The notes under the pieces: generated by a model | Database searches by the model: none | What the model was told of the DNA's origin: nothing | Seen by the model: the letters and a program-made list of their open reading frames with translations, nothing else | Part shown: piece by piece, positions 1 to 10,100 of the stretch | Numbering within the stretch: position 1 is the stretch's first letter | Layout: every line of letters starts with the position of its first letter | Position numbers and translations under genes: made by a program | Assembly: GCA_964412505.1 (NCBI GenBank) | Contig: CAYPOM010000007.1 | Coordinates: 7,376-71,375 of the forward strand | DNA from: an uncultured Alphaproteobacteria bacterium | GTDB lineage: Bacteria > Pseudomonadota > Alphaproteobacteria > UBA3830 > CAYLKK01 | Reading direction: 5' to 3' | DNA length: 64,000 bases

Positions 1-132
1 AACAATGTTGAGAAACAACTTGTGCGTTACTATTATATATATTTTGTCAGGAATGAACATTCGCCAATTTACATAATAGCAAATCTTCATCATAAACAAT
101 ACAAAAATACCATCAAACAATTTTTTAATCAT
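1..132 (-). CDS. partial hypothetical protein (runs off left edge)
   Basis: ATG at 132 overlaps the TGA of the 129..470 ORF (ATGA coupling); frame is open to base 1 (MIKKLFDGIFVLFMMKICYY...). Confidence 0.35.
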   Translation of the reverse strand, partial: MIKKLFDGIFVLFMMKICYYVNWRMFIPDKIYIIVTHKLFLNIV

Positions 133-470
133 AATATGCCAACAATAATTAAACAGCTACTTAATATGTAGATAACATTCAACATTATCCTTAAATAATA
201 TATCCGAAAAAAGAATGCACACACAAAAATAACGCTAAAAAGGTGATACAAAAAATAGCACGTACTGTCAGTGCCTTTATCAAAAGGCCACCAATAATTA
301 CTCCAAATTTCTAATAGAACGAATATTACTAAAAAGATACGAGCCATCGCAAACTTGCGCACACTCGTACGAAATTTACGCTTCTTGCTATCCCTCATAT
401 TTTTAACTGCGAGGTCGATATGACATCTTTTGCTGCAATGCTTAGGATATTTTGTATTCTTGCTCACCAT
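129..470 (-). CDS. hypothetical membrane protein
   Basis: 113 aa; basic N-terminus plus 2-3 hydrophobic segments; GAGGT Shine-Dalgarno just upstream of the ATG. Confidence 0.5.
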   Translation of the reverse strand: MVSKNTKYPKHCSKRCHIDLAVKNMRDSKKRKFRTSVRKFAMARIFLVIFVLLEIWSNYWWPFDKGTDSTCYFLYHLFSVIFVCAFFFRIYYLRIMLNVIYILSSCLIIVGIL

Positions 471-610
471 ATTAACCTCACTTCACTATGCCATTTAGTT
501 TTGAGTATTTTTTTAATACTTGTAATCGCATCTACATAACCATTATTTACATGCTAGTAAATTTTAAAATAGCAATGAAAAGAGTTATTTTTTGCAATTG
601 GACAATAAAT

Positions 611-639
611 TTGACAGCGATCGCTATAGCCCACATAAT
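611..639 (+). promoter_or_regulatory. putative sigma70 promoter
   Basis: TTGACA-17 nt-CATAAT upstream of ORF 668. Confidence 0.4.
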
Positions 640-667
640 ATAATTAAACTGTTATATTATTGCTATA

Positions 668-1012
668 ATGTTAAAATATTTTGTGTACAACAACTTTAAA
701 ATAATGTGGCCGAAATATGCAGCTCGAACTGTTATGATCTTGTCCCTCATAGCGTTACATTTTTATAAATGTAGTAGCGATTTCGACAAAGGTATTGTTT
801 TAGCAACAAAATGCATAATATTGCTAATGTATAATTTTTATTTGACTTGCGATTCTTTAAAATTAGCTCTTCAAAAGTTAGTTGCAATATTAATAAAACC
901 AATTATATTTCTTGGGATTGTGTTATTTTATGTGACTTGCTTTGATTTAGGAAAAAAATATTCTGAGGAAACAAAGCAGAGTCACACATTCCACCTGGAT
1001 GAAAATTTATAA
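668..1012 (+). CDS. hypothetical membrane protein
   Basis: 114 aa hydrophobic ORF behind a promoter-like motif; no recognisable family. Confidence 0.4.
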   Translation: MLKYFVYNNFKIMWPKYAARTVMILSLIALHFYKCSSDFDKGIVLATKCIILLMYNFYLTCDSLKLALQKLVAILIKPIIFLGIVLFYVTCFDLGKKYSEETKQSHTFHLDENL

Positions 1013-1113
1013 ATGCAAATACTCTAGTCCACACATATTACAAGGGGCGTCAGGAAAGACATCCTCGCTATCTTCGTCATGTGCCCATGGCAATGTATCT
1101 TTATATATGAAGT

Positions 1114-1419
1114 TTACACAACTTTATCATATGTAGATGCATTTAATGGGCAATTTATTCTAAATTTCATTTTCCAATCATGCAAAATATCTCCGAATTG
1201 CCACCTCATAAAAGCTTTAGAGGCCCATGTTATAGCTCCTCGACAAGCTCTATAATAATCTGCTGTACTAATAGTAGCTTCAACTGGATGGTTTTTAAGT
1301 GAACACAAAGTCCTGCCAATGTGATTAATAAATGCTCTAGCAAATGCTCCCATACAGTTAGACTGATAGCAAAAAGATATACATATACAACAAATTAACA
1401 ACTTTAGTTTATTCCTCAT
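1114..1419 (-). CDS. hypothetical secreted protein (possibly frameshift-truncated)
   Basis: GAGGT SD; signal-peptide-like MRNKLKLLICCICISFCYQSNCM. Confidence 0.5.
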   Translation of the reverse strand: MRNKLKLLICCICISFCYQSNCMGAFARAFINHIGRTLCSLKNHPVEATISTADYYRACRGAITWASKAFMRWQFGDILHDWKMKFRINCPLNASTYDKVV

Positions 1420-1848
1420 ATTAACAACCTCTTAAAAAACAAACACGTGTGAATGCTGAAATCCATAATACATCACACGCTTTGCATTCTACCTCTAATT
1501 ATGCATTGATACAGTTGCTGTGTATCTAAAATTTTAGAGAAATTTCGCGCAAAAATAGATACAATATTGTAACAAACGAGTCTGCGTTTTTCTTGATATG
1601 AATGATTATGTCCTAGATTGAAGAGATGCGAAATGCAAAAACTAATACTGAGAAATTCGCTTAATTTTATAAGTAACTATTAATTGTTATATCGGCTAAA
1701 AAAAATTAAAAATCCCGTGGTTCCTTTCTATGTCGTTACTTTTGCTTTCTTTGGTCAATCTGCCACTTGTACAAAAGTTAAAAAAAGCTCTATGAAAATA
1801 TACGTTTTTATGGTAAAAATACGCAGCAAAATTCGTTATGGATGTCTG

Positions 1849-3081
1849 ATGAATGCGATAAAAGAAAATTTACATATATCTCCTGAGAATCAAAAGATCC
1901 CAAGAACCATTTGGGTTCTAGGTATCGTTAGCTTTTTTATGAATTCCGCTTCTGTTGTGATTACATCTTTGACGCCGTTTTTTATAACGCAGGTATTAGG
2001 TGCATCAGAAGCTGCTGTTGGGCATATTCGAGGGATTACAGAGGCATTATCTTATTTAGTTAAGTTGTGCTCTGGTGTCATTAGTGATTATATAGGTAAA
2101 AGAAAAGCTCTTATCCTTTTTGGATATGGATGTGCAGCTATTACGAAACCAATTTTTGGTTTTGCAAATACAATTTTTCAGTATACAGTTGCTCAGGTAA
2201 TAGAGCGTGTTGCTAACGGTATGAGAGATACGCCACGCGATGCTCTTATCGCAGATTGTGTGCCGAAGAAATTAAAAGGCACAAGTTATGGAATTAGACA
2301 AAGTTTCGCCACAGCTGGTTCTATGTTTGGCTCTCTTGGCTGTTATTTCTTGTTGGCGTATTTAGCGTCTAGGGGGAATAGTGTTGACAATGCAAGAATG
2401 GCTTATTTTATTGCTACAATCCCAAGTCTAATTGCTGTAATATTGTTGTTTTGGGGAATCAGTGACTCTAAAAATGTCGAAAGGTTGAAGAATAGAAAAG
2501 GATTCCCAATAAAAAAGGAAGACTTAAAGCAGCTAGGTGGACATTTTTGCTTCTTTATGTTTGTTTTACTAGTATTCATGATGGCTCGCTTTAGTGAAGC
2601 TTTCTTAGTTCTTCGAGCTCAAGAACTAGGCTGGGACTTGTGCCATGTATCTTTGATCTTAACAATACTATACTTATTTAATTCTATAACTTCCAAAATA
2701 GCTGGGAACCTATCTGACAGAATAGATCGTAGACTTTTCTTGGGAATAGGATTTTTATTTATGATAGCATCATGCTTTTTAGTCGCAAATTCTAACTCAA
2801 TGCATATGTTAATTTTCGGTGTTATCGCATATGGTATTCACTATGGGTCAACGCAAGGGACTTTTTTTGCTTTAGTCGCAGATTATTCTCCACCACAGAT
2901 AAAAGGCACATCTTTTGGAATATTTAACTTAGTTTGTGCTTTGGGGATGTTCGTTTCCAATAGTTTAACTGGAGTATTGTGGAAAAATTATGGAGCCCAT
3001 ACTGCAATGATGGTAGAAGCAACTATTGCTAGTATTGCTTTTGTACTGTTCCTATTTTTGAAAAAACCTGTAGAAAAATAA
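1849..3081 (+). CDS. MFS transporter
   Basis: About 12 TM segments; MFS motif A in both halves (GVISDYIGKRK, GNLSDRIDRR); RDTPRDALIAD motif; likely start ATG 1849 (ORF track extends to 1684). Confidence 0.9.
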   Translation: MNAIKENLHISPENQKIPRTIWVLGIVSFFMNSASVVITSLTPFFITQVLGASEAAVGHIRGITEALSYLVKLCSGVISDYIGKRKALILFGYGCAAITKPIFGFANTIFQYTVAQVIERVANGMRDTPRDALIADCVPKKLKGTSYGIRQSFATAGSMFGSLGCYFLLAYLASRGNSVDNARMAYFIATIPSLIAVILLFWGISDSKNVERLKNRKGFPIKKEDLKQLGGHFCFFMFVLLVFMMARFSEAFLVLRAQELGWDLCHVSLILTILYLFNSITSKIAGNLSDRIDRRLFLGIGFLFMIASCFLVANSNSMHMLIFGVIAYGIHYGSTQGTFFALVADYSPPQIKGTSFGIFNLVCALGMFVSNSLTGVLWKNYGAHTAMMVEATIASIAFVLFLFLKKPVEK

Positions 3082-3107
3082 TACTGTTTTTCACTTACGG
3101 AGGTTGT

Positions 3108-4043
3108 ATGATAATTTTAGAATTCGAAAAACCGATTTTTGAATTAGAATCAAAGATTCGAGAGCTGAAAAGACTCAATAGCGGTGATGTGAATATAACA
3201 GCAGATATAAATCGGTTAGAAAACAAGCTTAAATCTATTGTAAAAAGTGTATATTCTGAATTGACACCTTGGCAGATCGTTCAAGTAGCTAGGCATCAAG
3301 AAAGACCTCAGACAATAGATTATGTAAATAGCATGTTTACAGATTTTGAAGAGTTATCTGGAGATAGAAAGTTCGCTGAGGATAAAGCAATTCTTGCTGG
3401 GATTGGTAAGTTCTACGGAGTTCCAGTTGCTATTTTAGGCCACCAAAAAGGGCGAGATACAGAGGAAAGAATTGCGCATAATTTCGGCATGCCTCATCCA
3501 GAAGGCTATAGAAAAGCTTATAGGATTATGGAGCTAGCAGAACAATTTAATCTTCCGTTACTTACGTTTATCGATACAGCTGGCGCCTACCCTGGCATCG
3601 GAGCTGAAGAAAGAGGTCAAGCAGAATCTATAGGGAAGTGTTTGGAAAAGTTATCTCAAATAAGTGTTCCTATAATTTCAACTATAATTGGTGAAGGCGG
3701 TTCCGGTGGGGCTGTGGCATTAGCTTTCGCAAATAAATTGCTGATGTTAGAGTTTTCAATATATTCAGTAATTTCTCCAGAAGGATGTGCTTCGATATTG
3801 TGGAGAAATCCAGAGAATGCATCTGATGCTGCTGAATGTTTAAAATTAACAGCTAGAGATTTAATTAAATTTGGCTTAATAGACTCTATAATAAAAGAAC
3901 CATTAGGTGGGGCGCATAGAAATTATAAAGAAGCAATAGATAACGTATCTGCCGCTATAAAAGATGCTATTATTGAGATGAGATCAATAACAGATTTACG
4001 TACTCATAGGAGTGAAAAGTTTTTGAATTTCGGGTTAGTATAA
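3108..4043 (+). CDS. accA: acetyl-CoA carboxylase carboxyltransferase subunit alpha
   Basis: LEFEKPI, ARHQERP, GMPHPEGYRKA, GEGGSGGA, YSVISPEGCASILW; GGAGG SD. Confidence 0.97.
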   Translation: MIILEFEKPIFELESKIRELKRLNSGDVNITADINRLENKLKSIVKSVYSELTPWQIVQVARHQERPQTIDYVNSMFTDFEELSGDRKFAEDKAILAGIGKFYGVPVAILGHQKGRDTEERIAHNFGMPHPEGYRKAYRIMELAEQFNLPLLTFIDTAGAYPGIGAEERGQAESIGKCLEKLSQISVPIISTIIGEGGSGGAVALAFANKLLMLEFSIYSVISPEGCASILWRNPENASDAAECLKLTARDLIKFGLIDSIIKEPLGGAHRNYKEAIDNVSAAIKDAIIEMRSITDLRTHRSEKFLNFGLV

Positions 4044-4492
4044 TGCCATTTGTAGATGTACTTATCCAGGTTTTAGAACACGGCGAAGGTCTTGATTTGC
4101 CATCGTATGAATCAGCTGGAAGTTCTGGCGCAGACTTAAAAGCTGCGATTGATGGTCAGCTAGAAATAGCACCAAATTCTGTAGCATTGATCCCATGTGG
4201 ATTTAGAATTGCAATTCCAAATGGGTACGAAGGGCAAGTTAGATCTAGATCTGGACTTGCTCTGAAAAATTCTATATTTATACTAAACTCTCCAGGAACA
4301 ATTGATTCGGATTATAGAGGGGAAGTAAAGTTAATAGTTGCGAATTTTTCTACAGTTCCATTTACCGTAAAAAGAGGAATGCGTTTAGCTCAGATTGTGA
4401 TCTGTCCTGTATACACAGCTAATTTTATAAACTCGCCCAATCTTCAAAAAACAGAAAGAAATGAAAGTGGATTTGGATCTACTGGTGTTTAA
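4043..4492 (+). CDS. dut: dUTP diphosphatase
   Basis: GADL, RSGLA, GTIDSDYRGE, RNESGFGSTG dUTPase motifs. Confidence 0.97.
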   Translation: MPFVDVLIQVLEHGEGLDLPSYESAGSSGADLKAAIDGQLEIAPNSVALIPCGFRIAIPNGYEGQVRSRSGLALKNSIFILNSPGTIDSDYRGEVKLIVANFSTVPFTVKRGMRLAQIVICPVYTANFINSPNLQKTERNESGFGSTGV

Positions 4493-4685
4493 GTTTTTCT
4501 GTTTCTACTAAATGTAAATAAGCAGTTATAGAAGTAATAGTAGGATATTTTTTATGATGCTGTTCTATCTTTAGTAGTTATTTCGGTTGTTTTAGCTAAA
4601 AAAATACTTAAGTGAGACTTATAAAAAAACTTGTTGTAAAAAAAAAAAGATGTTATCGTTCTTTAGAAAAATTCAGGAGATAATT

Positions 4686-5438
4686 GTGCCATTCTGTCAA
4701 TATATTTGCCCTGTTATGACACTGCTTTTTCTTTATGCTTGTTCGAATACAGAGCGTCATATACAAACCGATAGTACTGCAAAGCATGCCACAGAAAGAA
4801 GGTATTGCTTAAAAAATAGATGCTATCAACCAATGCAACAATATAATTATTCTGCGACAGGTTTAGCTAGTTGGTATGGTACGTTTGAAAACGGATGTTT
4901 AACTGCTACTGGATATGCTTTTGATAAGAATTTTATGACAGCTGCGCATAGAACATTGCCTCTCCCATGCGTTGTCGAAGTTACAAAATTATCTTCTGGG
5001 AGGAAGATAAAAGTTTTTGTAAATGATAGAGGCCCATTTTGTAACCCGAATGCAAGGATAATAGACCTTTCTGCAGCTGCAGCTAAAAAATTAGGTTTTT
5101 TTATAGATGGTGTAACTAAGGTTTCAATTAAGTGTTTGCCATATGAAAGTATGTTAGCTGCTCTCTATTACAATAGAAAACACTATCATCCTGATTATCA
5201 AGAAAAGACTACCCTAACTGTAGCCGAAAGAAAATATATAAAAGAGAAAATAATTGGTGATTATACTAGGACATGTGAATCTCTTTGCAAAAAGAGTAAG
5301 AAAAAAATAAAATGTACGACAGGGAAAAAATCATGTGTATTAAATAATCTCAAAACAAGATGTAGATACAAAAAAGTTAATCAGCGTACGAATAGAAGAA
5401 AAGCTTTGATGAGAAAAATAATAGGTAATATGAGGTGA
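4686..5438 (+). CDS. rlpA: RlpA-family septal lytic transglycosylase lipoprotein (DPBB domain, no SPOR)
   Basis: GLASWYG, TATG, MTAAHRTLPLP, VNDRGPF, RIIDLS; lipobox LYAC; AGGAG SD favours GTG 4686 (ORF track start 4650). Confidence 0.9.
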   Translation: MPFCQYICPVMTLLFLYACSNTERHIQTDSTAKHATERRYCLKNRCYQPMQQYNYSATGLASWYGTFENGCLTATGYAFDKNFMTAAHRTLPLPCVVEVTKLSSGRKIKVFVNDRGPFCNPNARIIDLSAAAAKKLGFFIDGVTKVSIKCLPYESMLAALYYNRKHYHPDYQEKTTLTVAERKYIKEKIIGDYTRTCESLCKKSKKKIKCTTGKKSCVLNNLKTRCRYKKVNQRTNRRKALMRKIIGNMR

Positions 5439-6760
5439 CGTATATAGTGAAAAATCAACTTTTTGGTACTGATGGAATTAGAGGCTTAGCCGGGGAAGGT
5501 TTTCTTACAATAGAATCTTTAGATAAAATGATAGGATCGGTATTGTTTTGTATCCCGGATGTTAAATATGTCGTAATTGGCCAAGATACGAGATTATCTG
5601 GGGAAATGTTATCAAATATTGTCTCAGCCATATTTTCTTCTTATGGAGTAAATGTCACTAATTTAGGAATAGCCACAACGCCATCAATTGCATTTCTTAC
5701 TAAAAAATATGAATTCGATTTAGGTATAGTTATTTCTGCCTCTCACAATTCTTTTGAAGATAATGGTATAAAATTCTTTGATAACAATGGATGCAAGTTC
5801 ACATCAGATTTGGAAGAAAAAATTACAAGTGCATTTTTCGCTGGCAAAACAATAAGCAAAAAAACTCACAAACAAATTGGAGTGCTTTCCAGGCGCAATT
5901 TGTTAAAAAAATATGAAGATTATGTTTTGCAAAAATTTAGTATAAATCTTTCAAAAATTAAAATAGTAGTTGATTGTGCGAACGGAGCAATGTACAAAGT
6001 TGCACGTTCAATCTTCAAAAAGCTAAAAGGAGATATAACTTACATATTTAATAAACCGAATGGAATTAATATAAACGAAAATTGTGGTGCTGTTTATCCG
6101 AAAATTTTATGCGATACAGTGTTAAAGAAAAATGCAGATATCGGATTTGCATTTGATGGAGATGGAGATAGGTTAGTAGTTTGTGATGAAAATGGAGAAG
6201 TAATAGATGGTGATCATTTGCTTGGTTTTTTAGGGGAAATGGCATGTTCTCCTAGCGAAAGTAAAAATATCATAATATCAGAAATGTCAAACTTAGGTTT
6301 AGAAAATTACTTAACAAATATTGGGTACTCAGTCATTAGAACGCCAGTAGGAGATAAATACATATCAGAAAAGATCTATAGAAAAGAGTCGTTATTTGGA
6401 GGAGAAAATTCTGGCCATATTATTTTAGGTAAATATCAAGAAACTGGAGATGGATTAATTGCAGCATTAAAAATTCTCGAATTAATGCAAAATAGAAACG
6501 ATTCTATTAGTAAATTAGCAAGGGATTTTACACTTTTACCTTCCGTAAAAATAAATGTACAAGTAGAAGACAAAGACAAAATTTCATCAACCGCGTTAAA
6601 GAAGATAAGCGAAAAGTTCGAATCTGAGAATACAAGAATATTACTTAGAAAATCTGGTACAGAAAATTTGATAAGAATTTTAATTGAAGGTGATAATTAT
6701 GATGATATCGCTAAGATCGCGGATAAAATGAAAGAGGAAATAACATATCTAGATAAGTAG
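5435..6760 (+). CDS. glmM: phosphoglucosamine mutase
   Basis: FGTDGIRG, ISASHN phosphoserine loop, FDGDGDR, GGENSGH, RKSGTE. Confidence 0.95.
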   Translation: MTYIVKNQLFGTDGIRGLAGEGFLTIESLDKMIGSVLFCIPDVKYVVIGQDTRLSGEMLSNIVSAIFSSYGVNVTNLGIATTPSIAFLTKKYEFDLGIVISASHNSFEDNGIKFFDNNGCKFTSDLEEKITSAFFAGKTISKKTHKQIGVLSRRNLLKKYEDYVLQKFSINLSKIKIVVDCANGAMYKVARSIFKKLKGDITYIFNKPNGININENCGAVYPKILCDTVLKKNADIGFAFDGDGDRLVVCDENGEVIDGDHLLGFLGEMACSPSESKNIIISEMSNLGLENYLTNIGYSVIRTPVGDKYISEKIYRKESLFGGENSGHIILGKYQETGDGLIAALKILELMQNRNDSISKLARDFTLLPSVKINVQVEDKDKISSTALKKISEKFESENTRILLRKSGTENLIRILIEGDNYDDIAKIADKMKEEITYLDK

Positions 6761-6761
6761 C

Positions 6762-7025
6762 ATGGCTGATAAATATTCTAAATTTTACGAAAAAATTGAA
6801 AATTTCTCTAATGAGCATAAAGAAAAACTTGCAATTAGACCTAAAAATAATAATGAAGCATATTCTAGTGTGTCAGATTTTTTTGGTTCGATAATAAGTT
6901 GTACTATAATTGGATATATTATAGATTCAATTTTTTCTAAGCATTTTCTATTTACAGTAGTTTTGTTTTTTTTAGGTATATTAGCTGGAATTAATGCGAT
7001 AATAAAACGAGTTACAAAAAAATAA
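6762..7025 (+). CDS. atpI: AtpZ/AtpI-family small membrane protein
   Basis: 87 aa; hydrophilic N-terminus then two TMs with the IGYIID...LFFLGILAG pattern typical of ATP synthase protein I. Confidence 0.7.
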   Translation: MADKYSKFYEKIENFSNEHKEKLAIRPKNNNEAYSSVSDFFGSIISCTIIGYIIDSIFSKHFLFTVVLFFLGILAGINAIIKRVTKK

Positions 7026-7105
7026 GGCTTTTGAGATTTGATATTCTAAAAAATATAATCATGTTGCTTGAAGTAGTTTGTCCCAAGAGCCTTAGCTACA
7101 GCAGC

Positions 7106-7138
7106 TTAACCTTTATTTAAAAAGCGAATTTGTATAAT
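7106..7138 (+). promoter_or_regulatory. CtrA-type box over the -35 position plus TATAAT -10
   Basis: TTAA-cctttat-TTAA at 7106-7120; TATAAT at 7133-7138; GAGGT SD before ATG 7166. Confidence 0.55.
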
Positions 7139-7165
7139 TCGTAATCTTTGGATAATGGGTGAGGT

Positions 7166-10100
7166 ATGAGTAAATTTTTGAAAAGCGCTAGATCAGGATA
7201 TGTACTTGTATTTTTAGCTTTTTTGTTGCCTGTTATTGTCGCATCAATATATTTCGCGATAAATTTTACCGAAAGAACATCTATATATTCGCATAAAGAT
7301 TGTTCTGCTGATGCTGCCTTAACTGCGATAAAAAATTATAATTTTGGAGCTCCTTTCGAAGCACAGAAACTAGGTCTGTTATCCAAAGCTGACAATGTTT
7401 ACAATGATAAAGCCGTTATGCATTCAGATAGCACAATAAAGCACGAAGAGCTCATTGTTACTCCTAACTGTTTTTCTATAGTACCTACTGATTCAAATAT
7501 TACAGAATTCAACCAATTTGTCGGATTATATTCGTCAATTGATATGTCTTATCGTCAGGGTTTTTTCTATGATGAAAATTATATAAAAAATGCAAAATAT
7601 TTAGCTTCAGAATGCAAAGTCCTAGATGTGTCCATTCACAATACTGGAATAAATTTAGCATGTAATTGTGTATTGCCAGCAGAAAAAGGATTCAATGGAT
7701 ATTGTAATGCTTATCCAAATAACGAAGAACACAACAATAACATGAAATTTACATTTAACAAAAATTCTAATACAACATCTAAAACGATAAATTTATCAAA
7801 ACGTGTTGCAGATACAGATAAATTGACTATTCAAAAAGACGGAGATTCGCTTGTCGTAAATATAAAAGATGATTTGTCTGGAAAAACTTATTCTGCCAAA
7901 GCTATCCCAGCTAAATGTAATGTTGATATTGTAATGTGCATACCGACTAATGGAGCCGCGTGTAACGAAAACAATTTAGATTTAGCTTCTGTCAAAACAG
8001 GTGATTCAACAGGATTGCCTTTAAAAGTTGAAACAACAGAAACTTCTCCTAGTGTGAATGTGCAAAACACTTCAATTTATCAAATTTCTCAGGCATGTAA
8101 AAAATTCATAAAAGATAATTTTATGGCTACACAAGGCGTTTGTGCTGGTATAGTGCCATATTCTGGGAAACTATCTATTCCTCATTACAGATTCGACTCG
8201 TGGGGTGCATGGCAAGTGCATTTTGATGGTACACACTACACTGTATACGCTAACCACAATGTTAATTTACATCACAAAGTTATGGGATATTATTTATATG
8301 GCTCATGTGGAGACTCAACTAAATCGTTGTCTTACGGTAACGTTCCAGATTCCACTTACGGCGGACTAGCTAAAGGAGTATTAAATACTTGGCACAAATA
8401 TGGAGCGAATATTAGACACCAGCGTGGGCTACTATCAAGTAATCCTAGAAATGATCAAAATTACGACTATGATGTTGACGTTTCGGCAATTCCAACAAAT
8501 CGACCAGAATTTGACACTGGATATTTGTTGTCTTCACTATATCCAGCTTATTTAGGGTACGCAAACGTTTTAAGAGGTAAAGCAGATGAAGGTAGTATTG
8601 ATTATCTACCAAATCCATACTATGTTATTGAGTTGACTCCAGATATGGTAAAAATTTGCGATTTGCTTGAATGTTTTAGGCCTATAAACGATGAGTATAG
8701 TTGTAGCAACTTCTTGTTTTTACCATTTTATTGGTCCAATGCACTATTAAATTATCCTTGGTCTGATGATCCAGTTAGAGAATCGGATGCTAATTATTTT
8801 TCTCAAGAATCTAAATTAACAGAAGGAAGAAGTAAAGCTGTCATTCTATTCGTGAATAAACCTGACCATTTTGAACCTGGAGAAATGACGTATTTAGGTT
8901 TTTCTAATGATAATCAGGAATTTGATTTAGCTGAAAGTGATACGATTTTATTCAATATAGATTACTCAAGTAACAAATACAGATTTTACGATGGAACAAC
9001 GTTGGGTAGTTTATGTAAAACTACATCACCAAACGTCGAATTATATGGGCAAAAGAAAATTTTGAAGTTTAAGCAGTTATCTGGAAGTATGGTAAAAATT
9101 CCAGAGGGGACAAGCTCGGCAGATGCAGAATATAAATCAGACTATTTCTGGAAAGTCCCAGAAGATTCTGTTACTAAAGCAAAATTGTCATGTCCACAAA
9201 AGCACTTGATTAAACTCGTTTTTGAAGGAAATTACTTAGACGAGGCTATAAAGCAAAAAACAGAAGGCCCTGGCACAGTTACATTCTATCAAGATATAGT
9301 AAAAGAATATCCATCTGATAATACCAATAAACATATTACAGATTGCCGTATAGATTCTACTGATGGCGAATCAGTACCATTAGACACACCATACGAAATT
9401 TCAAAACCAACAACATTCGTATTCAGCGGGCCTATAAAATTTCCTATGAGTGGCGACAACCATTTAGCCAATTGGGATTCAACAGGACCAAATTTTAGGG
9501 GTAATCTGTCTCCATATAAAGTAAAGTATCTTTTAAATAAAGCAGCAATAAGTGCTGTCACATTAAAGAAACAACTAATCAGAGATTATATGGGAAAATA
9601 TGGAGCCGAGAACTCCACCGACGGAATAGCTAGTAAGTGGCAAGTCAATAGTATTAATTCTCCAGTTCTGATTATGCGAAATAGTAAATTAGCAAATCGA
9701 ATGCCTACTGATGTTCTAGACTTATCTGGTAGTTCTACAAATGATGTCCCTGCATATTCTCCATACGGAAATACTGATGATAATGGTAATACATGGACTT
9801 TTAGTACATATACGCATTATGTATCACAAACCCAAAATTCTAATTTAATAGGGGTAACTGATTTATTTAGAGATTTATGCATAGAACGTCAAAAAGATGA
9901 TGTAATCAAGTGGTATTCTTATATTGAATATGGGGATCTAGATACATATTCGAAACAATATTATTCTAATATAGTTTACGGAGTTCATTTTCCATTCAGT
10001 TATTATATTTTTTCTGCAGATAGTATTATAAAAATCTTCTTAACTAACGACGCTTTTAAAGAATATACATGCAAGCCAAGTGATTCTAGTTACGCATGGA

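Noticed and set aside
4608-4622. TTAA-N7-TTAT near-match CtrA box upstream of rlpA
   Set aside because: Imperfect, and such matches are frequent by chance in this AT-rich sequence
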